A stretch of 64,000 nt of DNA from Malacoraja senta. Lineage: Eukaryota. The stretch spans positions 2,792,001 to 2,856,000 of the forward strand of contig CM075990.1 in the NCBI GenBank assembly GCA_038087875.1, written 5' to 3'. The notes below the pieces were generated by a model that had not been told where the DNA came from, did no database searches, and saw nothing but the letters and a program-made list of their open reading frames with translations. This document shows positions 34,732-46,921 of this stretch, in pieces (the first letter of the stretch is position 1; every line of letters begins with the position of its first letter). The translations under genes and the position numbers were made by a program.

Positions 34732-35795
34732 TATATCGGCGAGACTGAGTGCAGGCTTGGCGATGGTTTCGCTGAACACCACTGCTCAGTCCGCCTAGAC
34801 CTATCCGATCTCCCAGTTGCTAAACACTTTAACTCCCCCTCTCATTCCCACACAAACCTTTCTGACCTGGGCTTCCTCCCTGTCAGAGTGAGGCCAAACG
34901 TGAATTGGAGAATCAACGCCACATATTTGGCTTGGGTAGCTTACACACCAGCGGTATGAATATAGATTTCTCTAACTTCAAGTAACTGTTGCTTTCCCTC
35001 GCTCTCTGTCCCTCTCCCAACCTAATTCTCTGACTAGTTTCACTGTCCTCCTGGTTAAGTTTTACTGATTGTATGCCTCGTTGCCACCTTCCCCCTCAGC
35101 TAACAATGTACCACTCTACAACAAAGTCCTGGGCCTCCTCCATTGCCAGAGAGAGATTAGAGATTCCTTTATTTGTCATTCAGACCTTTCGGTCTGAACG
35201 AAATGTCATTGCCTGCAGTCATACATATAATAATAAATAACAAAACACACAATAAACACAAATTAACATCCACCACAGTGAGTTCACCAGGCACCTCCTC
35301 ACTGTGATGGAGGCAAAAGTCTTAAGTGAGGCACAGCGTAAATTGGAGGAGCAGCACCTTATATTTCGTTTGGGTAGTTTACACCCCAGCGGTACGAACA
35401 TCGACTTCTCTAATTTCAAGTAGTCCTTGCTTTCTCCCTCCTTCCCCTCCCCTTCCCAGCTCTCCCACAGCCCACTGTCTCTGCCTCTTCCTTTCTTCTT
35501 CCCACACCCCCCCCCCCTCCCGACATCAGTCTCGACCCGAAACGGCGCCTACTCCTTTTCTCCATAGATGCTGCCTCACCCGCTGAGTTTCTCCAGCATT
35601 TTTCGTCTAACACTCTACATTTCCTTGATCACCTTCCCCTTTGATCTGTGTTTCCACACCTTGCCCTTCCATATCTCTATGTCCCCCGACTCTCAGGCTG
35701 AAGAAGGATCTCGACCCGAGACGTCATCCATTCCCCCTCTCCAGAGATGCTGCCTGTACCGCTGAGTTGCTCCAGCATTTTGTGTCTATCTTTGT
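34732..35795 (+). mobile_element. Penelope-like element 3' part: GIY-YIG endonuclease remnant, 3' UTR, terminal repeat, with nested insertions
   Basis: YIGETECRLGDGFAEHHCSVRLDLSDLPVAKHFNSPSHSH...(frameshift)...QSEAKRELENQRHIFGLGSLHTSGMNIDFSNFK* (stop 34983-34985); YIGET/EH/HFN/E/GxN pattern is typical of PLE GIY-YIG domains. Confidence 0.9.
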
Positions 35796-36221
35796 TCAAG
35801 CAAAGCCTTGTGTTTTGTTTTCATTGAAGGCAGCCAACCTGTGTAAAAGGCCCTTGTGGATAACGCACTAAAGTGGAACAGATCTGGCTGTATGGGGCTG
35901 AGTCAAATATTCCACTCTCTCAGCTGCTGTGTTCCACTCCACTGTCCCTGGCCTTTAGCGACTTAGTAGTGAGGTATCTTGCAGTGCGGAATGCAGAACA
36001 CACTGAATACAATATGCATCCTCTGCAAACAGGAATCAAGACCTGGCAATTTCAATCTATTGAGCCCATTCCATGGTTGGCACTTGAGGGGTAATGAGGT
36101 ATGGCACATATAGCTGGGAGGAACTGCTGCATTTCTTTACTATTTAGTGAAACAGCAACAATATCAATTTCGGATATTTTCTCTTATCCTGCTTGACGAC
36201 ACAGAGATGGAGCAGGTGAAA

Positions 36222-36477
36222 ATCCTTTCGGGAGGGGACGAGGAGGGATGTCTTTAGTCAGAGGGTGGTGAAAATGTGGTATTCCTTGCCATGGAAGGAC
36301 GTGGAGGCTGTCAATGGATATTTTTAAGGCAGAGATTGATAGATTCTTGATTAGTACGGGTGTCAAGGGTTAGGGGAGAAGGCAGGAGGGAGAGATAGAT
36401 CAGCCACGATTGAATGGCGGAGTAGACCTGATGGGCCGAATGGCCTAATTCTGCTGCTGTTACTTATGACTTTATGA
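36222..36477 (+). mobile_element. CR1 LINE 3' fragment
   Basis: Matches 1790-2108. Confidence 0.82.
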
Positions 36478-36494
36478 ACACATCCTGAATTCTC

Positions 36495-36852
36495 TGTGTA
36501 GGAAGGAACTGCAGATGCTGGTGTACACCGAAGATGGACACAAAATGCTGGAGTAACTCAGCGGGGCAGGCAGCATCTCTGGAGAGAAGGAATAGGTGAT
36601 GTTTCGGGTCGAGACCCTTTTTCAGTCTCCGAAGAGCTTGAGAGATCGCAGAGTGGGAGCAGCAAGAGAGGGCGTTGCAGAACTCCTGTCGGAGAGAGGA
36701 GGAGAACCTCTTCAAAGTAGGCACACCTTGAGGAGATTTTGCAGTGGAGGAGATGAAATGCGTGGGAAGGAACTGCAGATGCTGGTTGATAACGAAGCTA
36801 GACGAAAAACGCTGGAGTAACTCAGCTGCTCAGGCAGCATCTCTGGAGAAAA
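36495..36852 (-). mobile_element. Two tandem PLE terminal repeats with a 135-nt spacer
   Basis: Same-orientation arms at 36495-36628 and 36765-36852. Confidence 0.7.
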
Positions 36853-37627
36853 GGATTAGGAAAGGAATAGAAAAGGAAGGCATTAAAGCCCTCCTTCTCT
36901 TCCTCGACTGCAGAACCCGCCAAAATCGATGCTCTATGTTGGTTGGCTCAGTCCATGCTCATGTCAGTGAGAAGCTGGAAGATCAACTGCCAATGACTTA
37001 TTGTAAGGCGCAACCAAAGTGGTCGAGAGACCTCAGGGACAGAACATTACCCGTTAGAAATACTTTCCTAAGACTGAGATCAGCTGGTAGAGCAGCTGCC
37101 TCACCGCACCTGAGACACAGGTTCGATCCTTTTGCACATTCTCCCTAGGACCACGTGGGTTTCCTCCAGGCGCTCCGGTTTCCTCTCACATTCCGGGTTT
37201 GTAGGTGAACTGGCCACGGTAAATTGCCCCTAATTTATAGCGAGTGGATGAGAAAGTGGGATAACATGGAACGAGTGATTGGCATGGTTAAGTGGGCCGA
37301 AGGGCCTTTTTCCTTGCTGCATCTCATGGAGTCACAGAGCATGGAAACAGGCCTTTGGTCCAACTTGCCCACACCGGCCAACATGTCCCAATCTACACTC
37401 GTCCCACCTGACCGTGATTGAACCATAAACTTCTAAACCTATCTGATTTTTGGATCAATCAATCTTCCAGGTGTACAACTAAAGATATATCTCTTTAATA
37501 TCTGCCAATGCCTAAAGTTCCACTATACTTACTAGAGAGCTACATCCTATTCCATATGGAGACTAGGACTTGATTTACATATCATTTACCTTGATCAATG
37601 TGAGATGTGGGAGAACCTAATGTCATA

Positions 37628-37933
37628 TTTAGTTTAGAGATACAGCGCGGAAACAGGCCCTTCGGCCCACCGAGTCCGCACCGACCAGCGATCCCCGCAC
37701 ATTGACACTATCCTACACACGCTAAGGACAGTTTTTCAAACTTTATACCAAGATAATTATCCTACAAACCTGTGCATCTTTGGAGTGTGGGAAGAAACCG
37801 AAGATCTCGGAGAAATCCCACGCAGGTCACGGGGAGAACGTACAGACTCCGTACCGATAGCGCCCCTAGTCAGGATCAAAACCCGGGCTTCCGGCGCTGT
37901 AAGGCAGTAACTCTACCGCTGCGCCACCATGCC
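37628..37933 (-). mobile_element. V-SINE (HE1-like)
   Basis: Near full-length. Confidence 0.88.
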
Positions 37934-38795
37934 TCATTGTGTACCAAGACAGATTTTTGTTTCGAGTGCCAATACTCCTCACAATGTTGAAGAACAGCAA
38001 AAACTAAATTACAAAAAGTTGTTTTTGGATAAAATGCAGAAAAATGTACGTAGACAAATGGCAAATAATTTCCAAATCTTTTTGCTCCGGTTTTATCCGA
38101 CGCGGACATTGAAGATATGAAACTCAAGAAAGGTGAGGTGAATCTCATGGGAGATAAATCAATCCATATCTTACTATTTGTCAAGAGAACACATTTGGGA
38201 GTTTTGTTTAAAGATACAGCATGGAAAAAGACCATTCGGCTCACCAAATCCACGCCAGCCATCGATCACCCATTCAAACTAGTTCTATGTTATCCCGCTT
38301 TCGCAACTACTCCCAACAAACTGGGTAGGAAGGAACTGCAGGTGCTGATTTACACTGAAGAGAGTAAAAAAAAATGCTGGAGTAACTCAGCGGGACAGGC
38401 AACATGTCAGGATAAAAGAAATGGGTGACGTTTCGGGTCGAGGCAACAAAGGGCCTTGACCCGAAACGTCACCCATTCCTTCTATCCAGAGATGCTGCCT
38501 GTCCCGTTGCGTTACTCAAGCATCTTGTGTCTACCTTCCCTACAAACTGGGGTCAATTAACTTACAAACACGCATGTCTTTGGGAAGCGGGAGGAAATGG
38601 GAGTACCCAGAGGAAACCCACATGGTCACAGGGTGGCATCCAAGGAAGGTGATGGCAGGAGGCCCTGCAGCAGCCTGGGGCTCGCCTGGATCGGGCACCG
38701 CTCAGAAAAACTAGAGTACGGGCTGGACTTTGAAAATGGTGCCAAAATATGGTGCCTCTTGCATGCGGGCTCAGTAGACTTCTTCTGTACACTTA

Positions 38796-39200
38796 AGGGC
38801 CTGTCCCACGGGCATGCGACTCCATGCGGCAAGCGCGACCTAACCGCAAGCGGGGGCCGTGCGGGGGCCGCGCGGAGGTCGCGGGGCCGGTCCCACTTCG
38901 ATCACCGGAGCCGTATGGAGTTGTGCGGAGCTGGTCCCGACATCCCGCGGGGCTCCGAAAAACGGACCGTGTTCAAAAATTCCGTGCGGCAACGGCCTGC
39001 CGGCCCGCAGCCGCATCGAGGCCGTGCGCACCGTCTTGACGTCACTCGACATCCACGCGGCCCCCGCTTCCGATTTGGTTGCGCTTGCCGCATGCTGGTG
39101 GGACCGGCCCTGTACGGAGATCACTCGACCTTCGTGCGGCCCCCGCTTGCGGTTAGGTCGCGCTTGCCGCATGGAGTCGTATGCCCGTGGGGCAGGCCCT
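38796..39200. mobile_element. CpG-rich PIF/Harbinger-like MITE, interior type 3 (second copy)
   Basis: ~65-bp TIRs; exact TTA TSD (38793-38795, 39201-39203); interior homologous to 7155-7618. Confidence 0.9.
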
Positions 39201-39499
39201 TTACTGTACTTATTGGATTGTATATAAGAAAATAATGTCACTGTGTGTTTGCATCATTGAGGGTGAATGTGCAAACTCAATGCAGACAGCACCCAAGGTT
39301 AAAATGGAACCCAGGTCTCTGGCGCTGTGAGACAGCAGCTCTACCAGCTGTGCCACTGCTACTTAGGAGGGAGATATCATGATCGTCTTGGTTAATCCAT
39401 CGTGATATCATAGCTGGCAAGAGGAGATCTTGAAGTCAAACTCAAACGCTAGTACCACCTTCCATGGTTATCTTGGCCACCACATGTTGGACTCACAGT

Positions 39500-39833
39500 T
39501 TTTAGTTTTAGTTTTAGAGATACAGCATGGAAGCAGGCCCTTCGGCCCACCGAGTCCGCACCGACCAGCGATCCCTGTGCATTAACACAAGCCTGCACAC
39601 ACTAGGGACAATTTACACTTATACCAAGTATACAAACCCAAGCCAATTAACCTACAAACCTATACGTCTTTGGAGTGTGGGAGGAAACCGAAGATCTCGG
39701 AGAAAACCCACGCAGTCACTGGAAGAACATAAAACTCCGTACAGACAGCACCCGTAGTCGGGATCGAACCCGGGACTCTGGCACTGTAAGCGCTGTAAGG
39801 CAGCAACTCTACCACTGCACCACCATGCCACCC
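39500..39833 (-). mobile_element. V-SINE (HE1-like)
   Basis: Full-length; shares its 5' flank with 31461-31775. Confidence 0.88.
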
Positions 39834-41694
39834 AAAGTTAAAGCTGCGAGATTACAAATGAAGATGAAGTCTGAGGCCACTGTTCACATATTGACTTGAA
39901 CCTAAGCATTTTCAAAGGAGGAGGATTAGAAAGGTAGAAAAACAAAGACCCTTCCAAAGCCCATCTTCATTTATTTTCTCTTCTTGAAAACCATAATTTA
40001 CAACCCCAAGCACCAGAAGACATTGGTTTAGGGTGAGAAGGAAAGAATTCAATAGAAATCTGTTCAACTTTTTCCCATAGAGAGTGGTGGATACATGGGA
40101 CGAGCTGCCAGAGGAGGTAGCTGAGGCAAGTACCATAAGAACATTAAAAAGATATTTGGACAGGTACATGGATAGGAAAGTTGTGTTTGGTTCAGAGATA
40201 CAGCACGGAAACAGGCCCGACTGCTTCCGCGCTGACCAGCGATCCCACACATTAACACTATCCCAGGGATCGTGGACACTAGGGACAATTTATAATTCTA
40301 CCAAACCTGTGTGTCTTTGGAGTGCGGGAGGAAACCGAAAATCCTGGAGAAAACTCAAGCAGGTCACGGGGAGAACGTACAAACTCCATGCATACAGCAC
40401 CCACAGTCAGGATCGAACCCGGGTCTCTGGAGCTATACGGCAGAAACTCTACCGCTGCACCACTGTGCTGCCCTCTTTCTGGCAGGAAAGGTTTAGAGGG
40501 TCAGATGTGGGAAGGCGGGGCATCTTGGTCGAAATGGGCAATTGGGCCGAAGGGGCCTATTTCCACTCTGTACCACTCTACGATACTCTGTGATTGTCAA
40601 CAATCATTATTGCTCATCATCACACCACCACCCAATCCTCATGCTTTCAACCATGCATGAAAGAGCTCTTGCTCTAACTCATCGCACTCCCAGGACTGCC
40701 TGGAAAAGGGACGAGGTGCTGGGCAGAAGGATCAATTTTTGCCGCAATCAGTTGGGCAAGACACAGCACTCAACGGAAGGATTCAATTGCATCTCCGCTG
40801 CCAAATAGAAAACAGAAGAGGCTTCATCTACTGAGACAGAGAATCGGTCTTATCCTTTGAGCCATTTCCTTTTTTTTTTGTCTCTTCAATTGGTTCTCCT
40901 CAAAGAGAGAAAGAAAATCTTAATTTGTGAATTAATGGCTTTTCTCTGCGGAATTGCAAATTCTGTTTTAAATGTCACATTTCACACACACAGCAGAGAA
41001 AGCTCTCTGCTCTGGGAACAATCACAGGGCTCCTTTCCAATAGCTACTGAGTGTAACATGCTACTTTTAATTTACAGTAACACATGACAAAGGCAGAAAT
41101 AATGGGCCTTATGACACCTCTGTCCCCGAAGCTTCCTCCGAAGACACGGTGTACTTAATAGACGTCACACTACATTATCTCATTGTCCTTTTGCTGGACC
41201 TTTCACAGAGCGCCCCTCGCATCCTCTGCGATTGGTGAGCGTTTCCACATTAGCCCCGGAATTAATGACTCCAATTTGGTCCTCAACTCAACTCATCAGT
41301 TCTTACCACGGCACTCTGTATAACGTCAAAAAAAAAAAAGAGCTTTTTTTTTTGTTTTTGAGTTGGTACGTGGCAGGAGTTATATCAACCCAAGGTGATT
41401 GAATATGCAATTTACTTTCACCTTGCTGTCAGAAGCCTGGGAGAAGCCAGCGCGGAGGTTGCCTCTGTGCTGGCTGTCAGCACTCAGCGATCTGCCAGAC
41501 TACCACCTCCCTCCATTCTTCTTGCAAATTACATTTTCAAATTGGTTTCTGTTTTACAAACAAAGGTAATAGGAACAAATAAAACATTCCAATATATACA
41601 GGGGGGCTGTCAGTCTCCACCGCCACAATTACTGGCGCGCAACTCAGCACCTTTATCTTCGAAAATTTTAACGCCCCTCCGCTTTAGTTTGCAA

Positions 41695-41970
41695 GTCCGA
41701 GCCGGCCGCCTGCCCCTTTTCCGGGGTTACGTCCGCGCCCGGGTGGTACTAGAAAGGGACTACGTGCTGTCCACGGGCGACCTGGGGGATTTCCGGGACC
41801 GCTGGTCACCGCGGGGGGTGGAATGCATCCTCAATAATAATATTGAGGAAATAATTATTTAATATTCAGAATTTAAGAATATCATGGTGGTGGGTTTGTT
41901 TGTATTGTTTTGTATTGTACATATAATTTTTGTAAATAATTGATTTAAATTATTTTTGTTTAAAAAAAAG
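41695..41970 (+). mobile_element. Tx1-like (L1 group) LINE 3' fragment
   Basis: Peptide AGRLPLFRGYVRARVVLERDYVLSTGDLGDFRDRWSPRGVEC resembles recalled Tx1 ORF2 C-termini; AT-rich 3' UTR and A tail. Confidence 0.7.
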
Positions 41971-41974
41971 GAGA

Positions 41975-42297
41975 TGTCTCTGTCGGAACCGGCTGCCTGC
42001 CCCTTCTCCCGGGAGTTACATCGGGAAGGAACGTGCGGTGCCCACGGGCACCACGGGCGGGATTTCCGGGACCGCTTGGCACCGTGTGGGGGATTGACTG
42101 CATCCTGGACCAGGATTGTCAAGAGTCAAGAGAGTCAAGAGTGTTTTATTGTCATGTGTCCCAGATAGAACAATGACATTCTTACTTACTGCAGCACAAC
42201 AGAATATGTAAACATAGTACACTGTGGACAATATAACAAACGAGAGAAAAAAGTTCAGTGTATGTGAACACATACATATACACACATATGCATACAC

Positions 42298-42347
<50 letters not shown>

Positions 42348-42665
42348 ACGTAAATATATATGTGTGTATATGTATGTACACACACGCTTAACTTTTTTTT
42401 CTTGTTTATTATATCATTTGCATACATATATATATATATACATACACACGCACGTACACACACGCACACACACATACACACGCACACACACACGTACACA
42501 CACACACACACACACATACACACATACACATGCACACACACACACACACACACACACACGCGCAGGCACACACACACACACACACGCACGTGCACACACA
42601 CACGCACACACGCACAAACACACGTACACAAACACACACACACATGCACACACACACACACACGT

Positions 42666-42697
<32 letters not shown>

Positions 42698-43370
42698 ACA
42701 CACACACGCACGCACACGCACACACACACGCGCAGGCACACACACACACACGCACGCACACACACACACACACACATGCGCAGGCACACACACACACACA
42801 CATACACACACACACACACACGCACGCACACGCACACACACACACGCAGGCATACACACACACGCACGCACACACACACACACACACGCGCAGGCACACA
42901 CACACACGTACACACACACGTACACACACACACACACACGCACGCACACGCACACACACACGTACACACACACACACACACACACGCACACACACACACA
43001 CACACACACGCAGGCACACACACACACATACGCACGTACACACACACACACGCACACGCATGCACACGCACACACACACACGCGCAGGCACACACACACA
43101 CACACACGCACGTACACATACAAAACAAGCAAACAATAATAGTGCAAAAAGACAAATCCCATGCCCGCAAGTCAATGTAGTTCTGAGCTTATTTGGAGGT
43201 TGTAGTGTTTAATAGCTGCAGGGAACAAGCTATAATATAGTCACTTAATATTTAGTATTAAGAATATTTGCTGACTTTGTATAGTGGTGGTGGGTGTGTT
43301 GGTGTTGTTTGTTCTGTAAATATTATTATTGTAAATAATTGAATAAATTAATTTTCATAGAGAAAAAATA
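41975..43370 (+). mobile_element. Second Tx1-like 3' fragment, interrupted by a Rex1 3' end
   Basis: 41975-42118 repeats GCCTGCCCCTT...GATTTCCGGGACCGCT; matching 3' UTR resumes at ~43230-43370. Confidence 0.65.
42119..43217 (-). mobile_element. Rex1/Babar-like 3' UTR containing a ~850-bp (TA)/(CA)/(CG) tract
   Basis: Ends match GCTATT.AACAC.ACAACCTC.AAATAAGCTC (cf. 55350-55390) and GGGACA.ATGACAATAAAACACTCTTGACTCT. Confidence 0.78.
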
Positions 43371-43607
43371 AGTGAGGCAATTGGTTCCACTTGCAAAATG
43401 TTCCTCACTACGATAAATCATGTTACACCATTATAATGGAAGAGTCGCCGGGTAATTGCGATGTATTGATCTCGTGAATGCTCAAATCCCTCCATGGTTT
43501 GAGTTCACCCTATCTCTGCCAAGCCTCTGATGTATAGGTACCTGCCCACTCTGCTTTTTGTTCTGATTTCCATCAACCCACCAAGCCCAATGCTCAAGTA
43601 ATCATCA

Positions 43608-44072
43608 GTTCATTAGTTCATAAGTTATAGGAGCAGAATGAGGCTATCAAGTCTACTCCGCCATTCAATCATGGCTGATCTCTCTCCCTCTCAACCCCAT
43701 TCTCCTGCCTTCTCCCCATAACCCCTGACACCCGTACTAATCAAGAATCTGTCATTCTGTGCCTTAAAAATATCATTGGTATCTGTCCTCCACAGCCGTC
43801 CGTGGCAATGAATTCCACAGATTCGCCACCCTCTGACTAAAGAAATTCCTCCTCATCTTACCAAAGGCCCGTCCTTTTATTTTGAAGCTATGGCCTCTGG
43901 TCCTAAACTCTCCCACTAGTGGAAACATCCATTACAAATCCACTCTGTCCAGGCCTTTCACTATTCGGTAAGTTTCAATGAGGTCCCCCCTCAGCCTTCT
44001 ATACTCCAGCGAGTACAGGCCCAGTGCCGTCAAACGCTCTTCATATATTAACCCACTCATTTCTGGGATCAA
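43608..44072 (-). mobile_element. CR1 LINE 3' fragment
   Basis: Minus ORF IPEMSGLIYEERLTALGLYSLEYRRLRGDLIETYRIVKGLDRVD. Confidence 0.88.
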
Positions 44073-44332
44073 TCTCGTAGTCTCGGAATCTCTTGAGCCC
44101 CTTGACTCCTTAAATAATCCATTAAAACCCAGTGTTAGGTGATTCAACCCAGCATCTCAGCATGAGATAATACCAAATGCTAAGTTAGATACAGGTCTGC
44201 GAAATTCCACACAAAACAGCAAGATTTGTTTGTTGAATATGTCTTAAATCACATTCAGAAAACCATAGCCACAATGACACTGTTGCTGATTTTAACCTGC
44301 GTTTGGAAAAACAATCCTAATGGATAGTCTCA

Positions 44333-44635
44333 CCCCGGTCACCCCCTCTCCTCTCGTCTTTCATCAGGCAAGAGGTACAGAAGTGTGAAAATGCACATCT
44401 CCAGCTTCAGGGACATCTCTTCCCAGCTGTTATCAGACAACTGAACCATCCTATCAACAGGAACAGCAGTCCTGAGCTACCGTTTACCTCATTGAAGGCA
44501 CGTGGACAATCTTTAATCGGACTTTGCTGGACTTTATCTTGCACTAAACATTATTCCCTTATCATGTTTCTGCACACTGTGGGTGGCTTGATTGTTATCC
44601 ATGTTGTACCTCATAGTATACGTGATAATAAACTA
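44333..44635 (+). mobile_element. Rex1/Babar-like 3' fragment
   Basis: Matches 2375-2850. Confidence 0.8.
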
Positions 44636-44789
44636 CACCACTAGCGTTGGCTGTGGGAAATTGTTACACAAATGAGATTGAGTTTTAATGAAGAGATGAC
44701 CAAGCAGATTGATGAGGGCAGGGCGAGAGATGTTGGCTACGTGGCCTTTGGCAAGGCATTTCATGGTAGGCTGGTCCAAAGTTTTATAA

Positions 44790-45215
44790 ACCAACCTCCC
44801 TTCCATTGACTCCATTTATACCTCACGTTGCCTCGGCAAGGCCAGCAACATAATCAAGGACGAGTCACACCCTGGCCACTCCCTCTTCTCCCCACTTCCA
44901 TCGGGCAAAAGGTATAGAAGTATGAAAACGCACGTCTCCAGATACAGGGACAGTCTAATCCCAGCTGTTATCAGGCAACTGAACCATCCTATCACAACTA
45001 GAGAGCAGTCCTGAACGGCTATCTACCTCATTGGTGAAACTCAGACTATCTTTGATCGGATTTTACTGGCTTTATCTTGCACTAAATGTTCTTCCCTTAT
45101 CTGTACACTGTGAATGGCTCGATTGCAATCATGTTTTATATTTCCGATGACTGGTTAGCACGCAACAAAAGCTTTTCACTGTACTTCGGTACACGTGACA
45201 ATAAACTAAACCGAA
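44790..45215 (+). mobile_element. Rex1/Babar-like 3' fragment inside the old CR1
   Basis: NLPSIDSIYTSRCLGKASNIIKDESHPGHSLFSPLPSGKRYRS. Confidence 0.85.
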
Positions 45216-46110
45216 ACCGATCACATGAGCTCAAGGATGAACCAGCCAGCTCATCCTGAAACGTCACCCATTCCTTCTCTCCAATGATGCTGCCTGATCC
45301 GCTGAGTTACTCCAGCATTTTGTGTCTAACTGGAGACAAAGTTGGCTCGAAGGTACTGTATGATTGAGTTGATGGAGATAGAGGGTTGTTTTTTCCAGAC
45401 TGAAGGCGTGTAACAAGTGGTGTGCCACAGGGATCGGTGCTGGGTCCACTGTTGTTCGAGCCTGAAGAAGGGTCCTGGCCTGAAATGTCGCCTATGCATA
45501 TCCTCCAGAGATGCTGCCTGACATGCTGAGTTACTCCACCACTTTGTGTTACTTTTTCTAAACTCAAATCCACAGTGCCTTGCGTATCCACCTTTCTTTA
45601 TTATTTATGTGAACAATTTGGATGGAGATGAAGGTGGCAAAATTGGTGGAATAAGGGACAGTGATGTAAGGTGCCAGTCTGAAGAAAGGTCCCAGCCTGA
45701 TGAAGGGTCCCAACCCAAATTCATGTTCTCCAGAGATGCTGCCTGGCCTGCTGAGTTACTCCAGCATTTGTGTCTTCTTTCATAAACCAACATAGAGTCA
45801 TAGAGTGATACAGTGTGGAAACAGGCCCTTCAGCCCAACTTGCCTCATCTGCAGTTCCCTGTTTCTACAGTGAAGTATGTTACCTACAATTGTAACAGGA
45901 TCAACTGGGCTAATGGGCGAGGAATGGCAAGAAGAGTTTCAGTCAGATAAATGCGAGGCATTGCATTTCCGTTAGGAAAACCAGGTTAATGCTCAGATCC
46001 TGGGGTGTGTGGCACAGGGGTGCAGGTGTATAGTTCCATGAAAGTGGCCAAACAGGTCGACAGGGTGGTGAAGAATGTGTTTGGGCAACAGGAGTTTGAA
46101 AGTCATGTTA

Positions 46111-46467
46111 GTTTGAGTTTAGTTTATTGTCACGTGTACCGAGGTACAGTGAAAAGCTTTTGTTGCGTGCTAACTAGTCAGCGGAAAGACAATTCAATTA
46201 CAATCAAGTCATCTGTAGTGTATGGGAATAATACACTAGTGCAAGATAAAGCCAGTAACGTCCGATTAAAGATAGTCCGAGGGTCTCCATTGAGGTAGAT
46301 AATAGTTCAGGACTGCTCTCTAGTTGTGGTAGGATGGTTGTGTTGCCTGATAACAGCTGGGAAGAAACTGTCCCTGAATCTGGAGGTGTGCGTTTTCAAA
46401 CTTCTATACCGTTTGCCCGATGGGAGAGGGGAGAAGAGGGAGTGGCCAAGGGTGCAACTCGTCCTTG
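46111..46467 (-). mobile_element. Rex1/Babar-like 3' fragment inside the old CR1
   Basis: Minus ORF GHSLFSPLPSGKRYRSLKTHTSRFRDSFFPAVIRQ; ATGTTA repeated on both sides. Confidence 0.85.
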
Positions 46468-46921
46468 ATGTTACAGCTGTACAAAGAGTTGATAAAGTCA
46501 CATTTGGAACATAGTGTACAGTTCTGCTTGCCCTGCTATCGGAAGGATGTCATTAAAATGGAATGAATGCAAAAAAGATTTACGAATGTTACTGGGCCTG
46601 GCTAGTTTGCATTAAAAGGAGAGATTGTATAGGTGTAACTTATTCCGTTGAAGTGTTGGAGGCTAAGACGTGATTTCATAGAGATATATAAAATCGAGGA
46701 TCATAGATGAGGTGAATAGCCACAGTGTTTTAGAATGAGCTGCCAGAGAAAGTGGTGAAGACAGGTAAAATGACAAGATATTTGGAGAGGTACATGGATA
46801 GGGCAGGTTGGTAGGGATCAGGGTCTAGCAGGCTGGGCAACTTGGTGCGCATGGATGAATTGGGCCGAATGGTCTGTTTCTGTATTGTGACTCTTTAACA
46901 ATTTCACAGGAGGTATATTGA

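Larger units (their letters stand above)
44650..46895 (+). mobile_element. Old CR1 ORF2 (reverse transcriptase to 3' end), broken by later insertions
   Basis: Collinear decayed blocks: TKQIDEGRA.DV.Y..F.KAF (44690-44765), VTSGVPQGSVLGPLL (45408-45455), EFQSDKCEALHF (~45933-45970), KVAKQVDRVVK (~46040), MLQLYK...HLEHSVQF (46468-46525), CR1 3' stem-loop (~46862). Confidence 0.8.

Noticed and set aside
41395..41862. 155-aa ORF
   Set aside because: Chance fusion of unique DNA with a Tx1-like C-terminal fragment.
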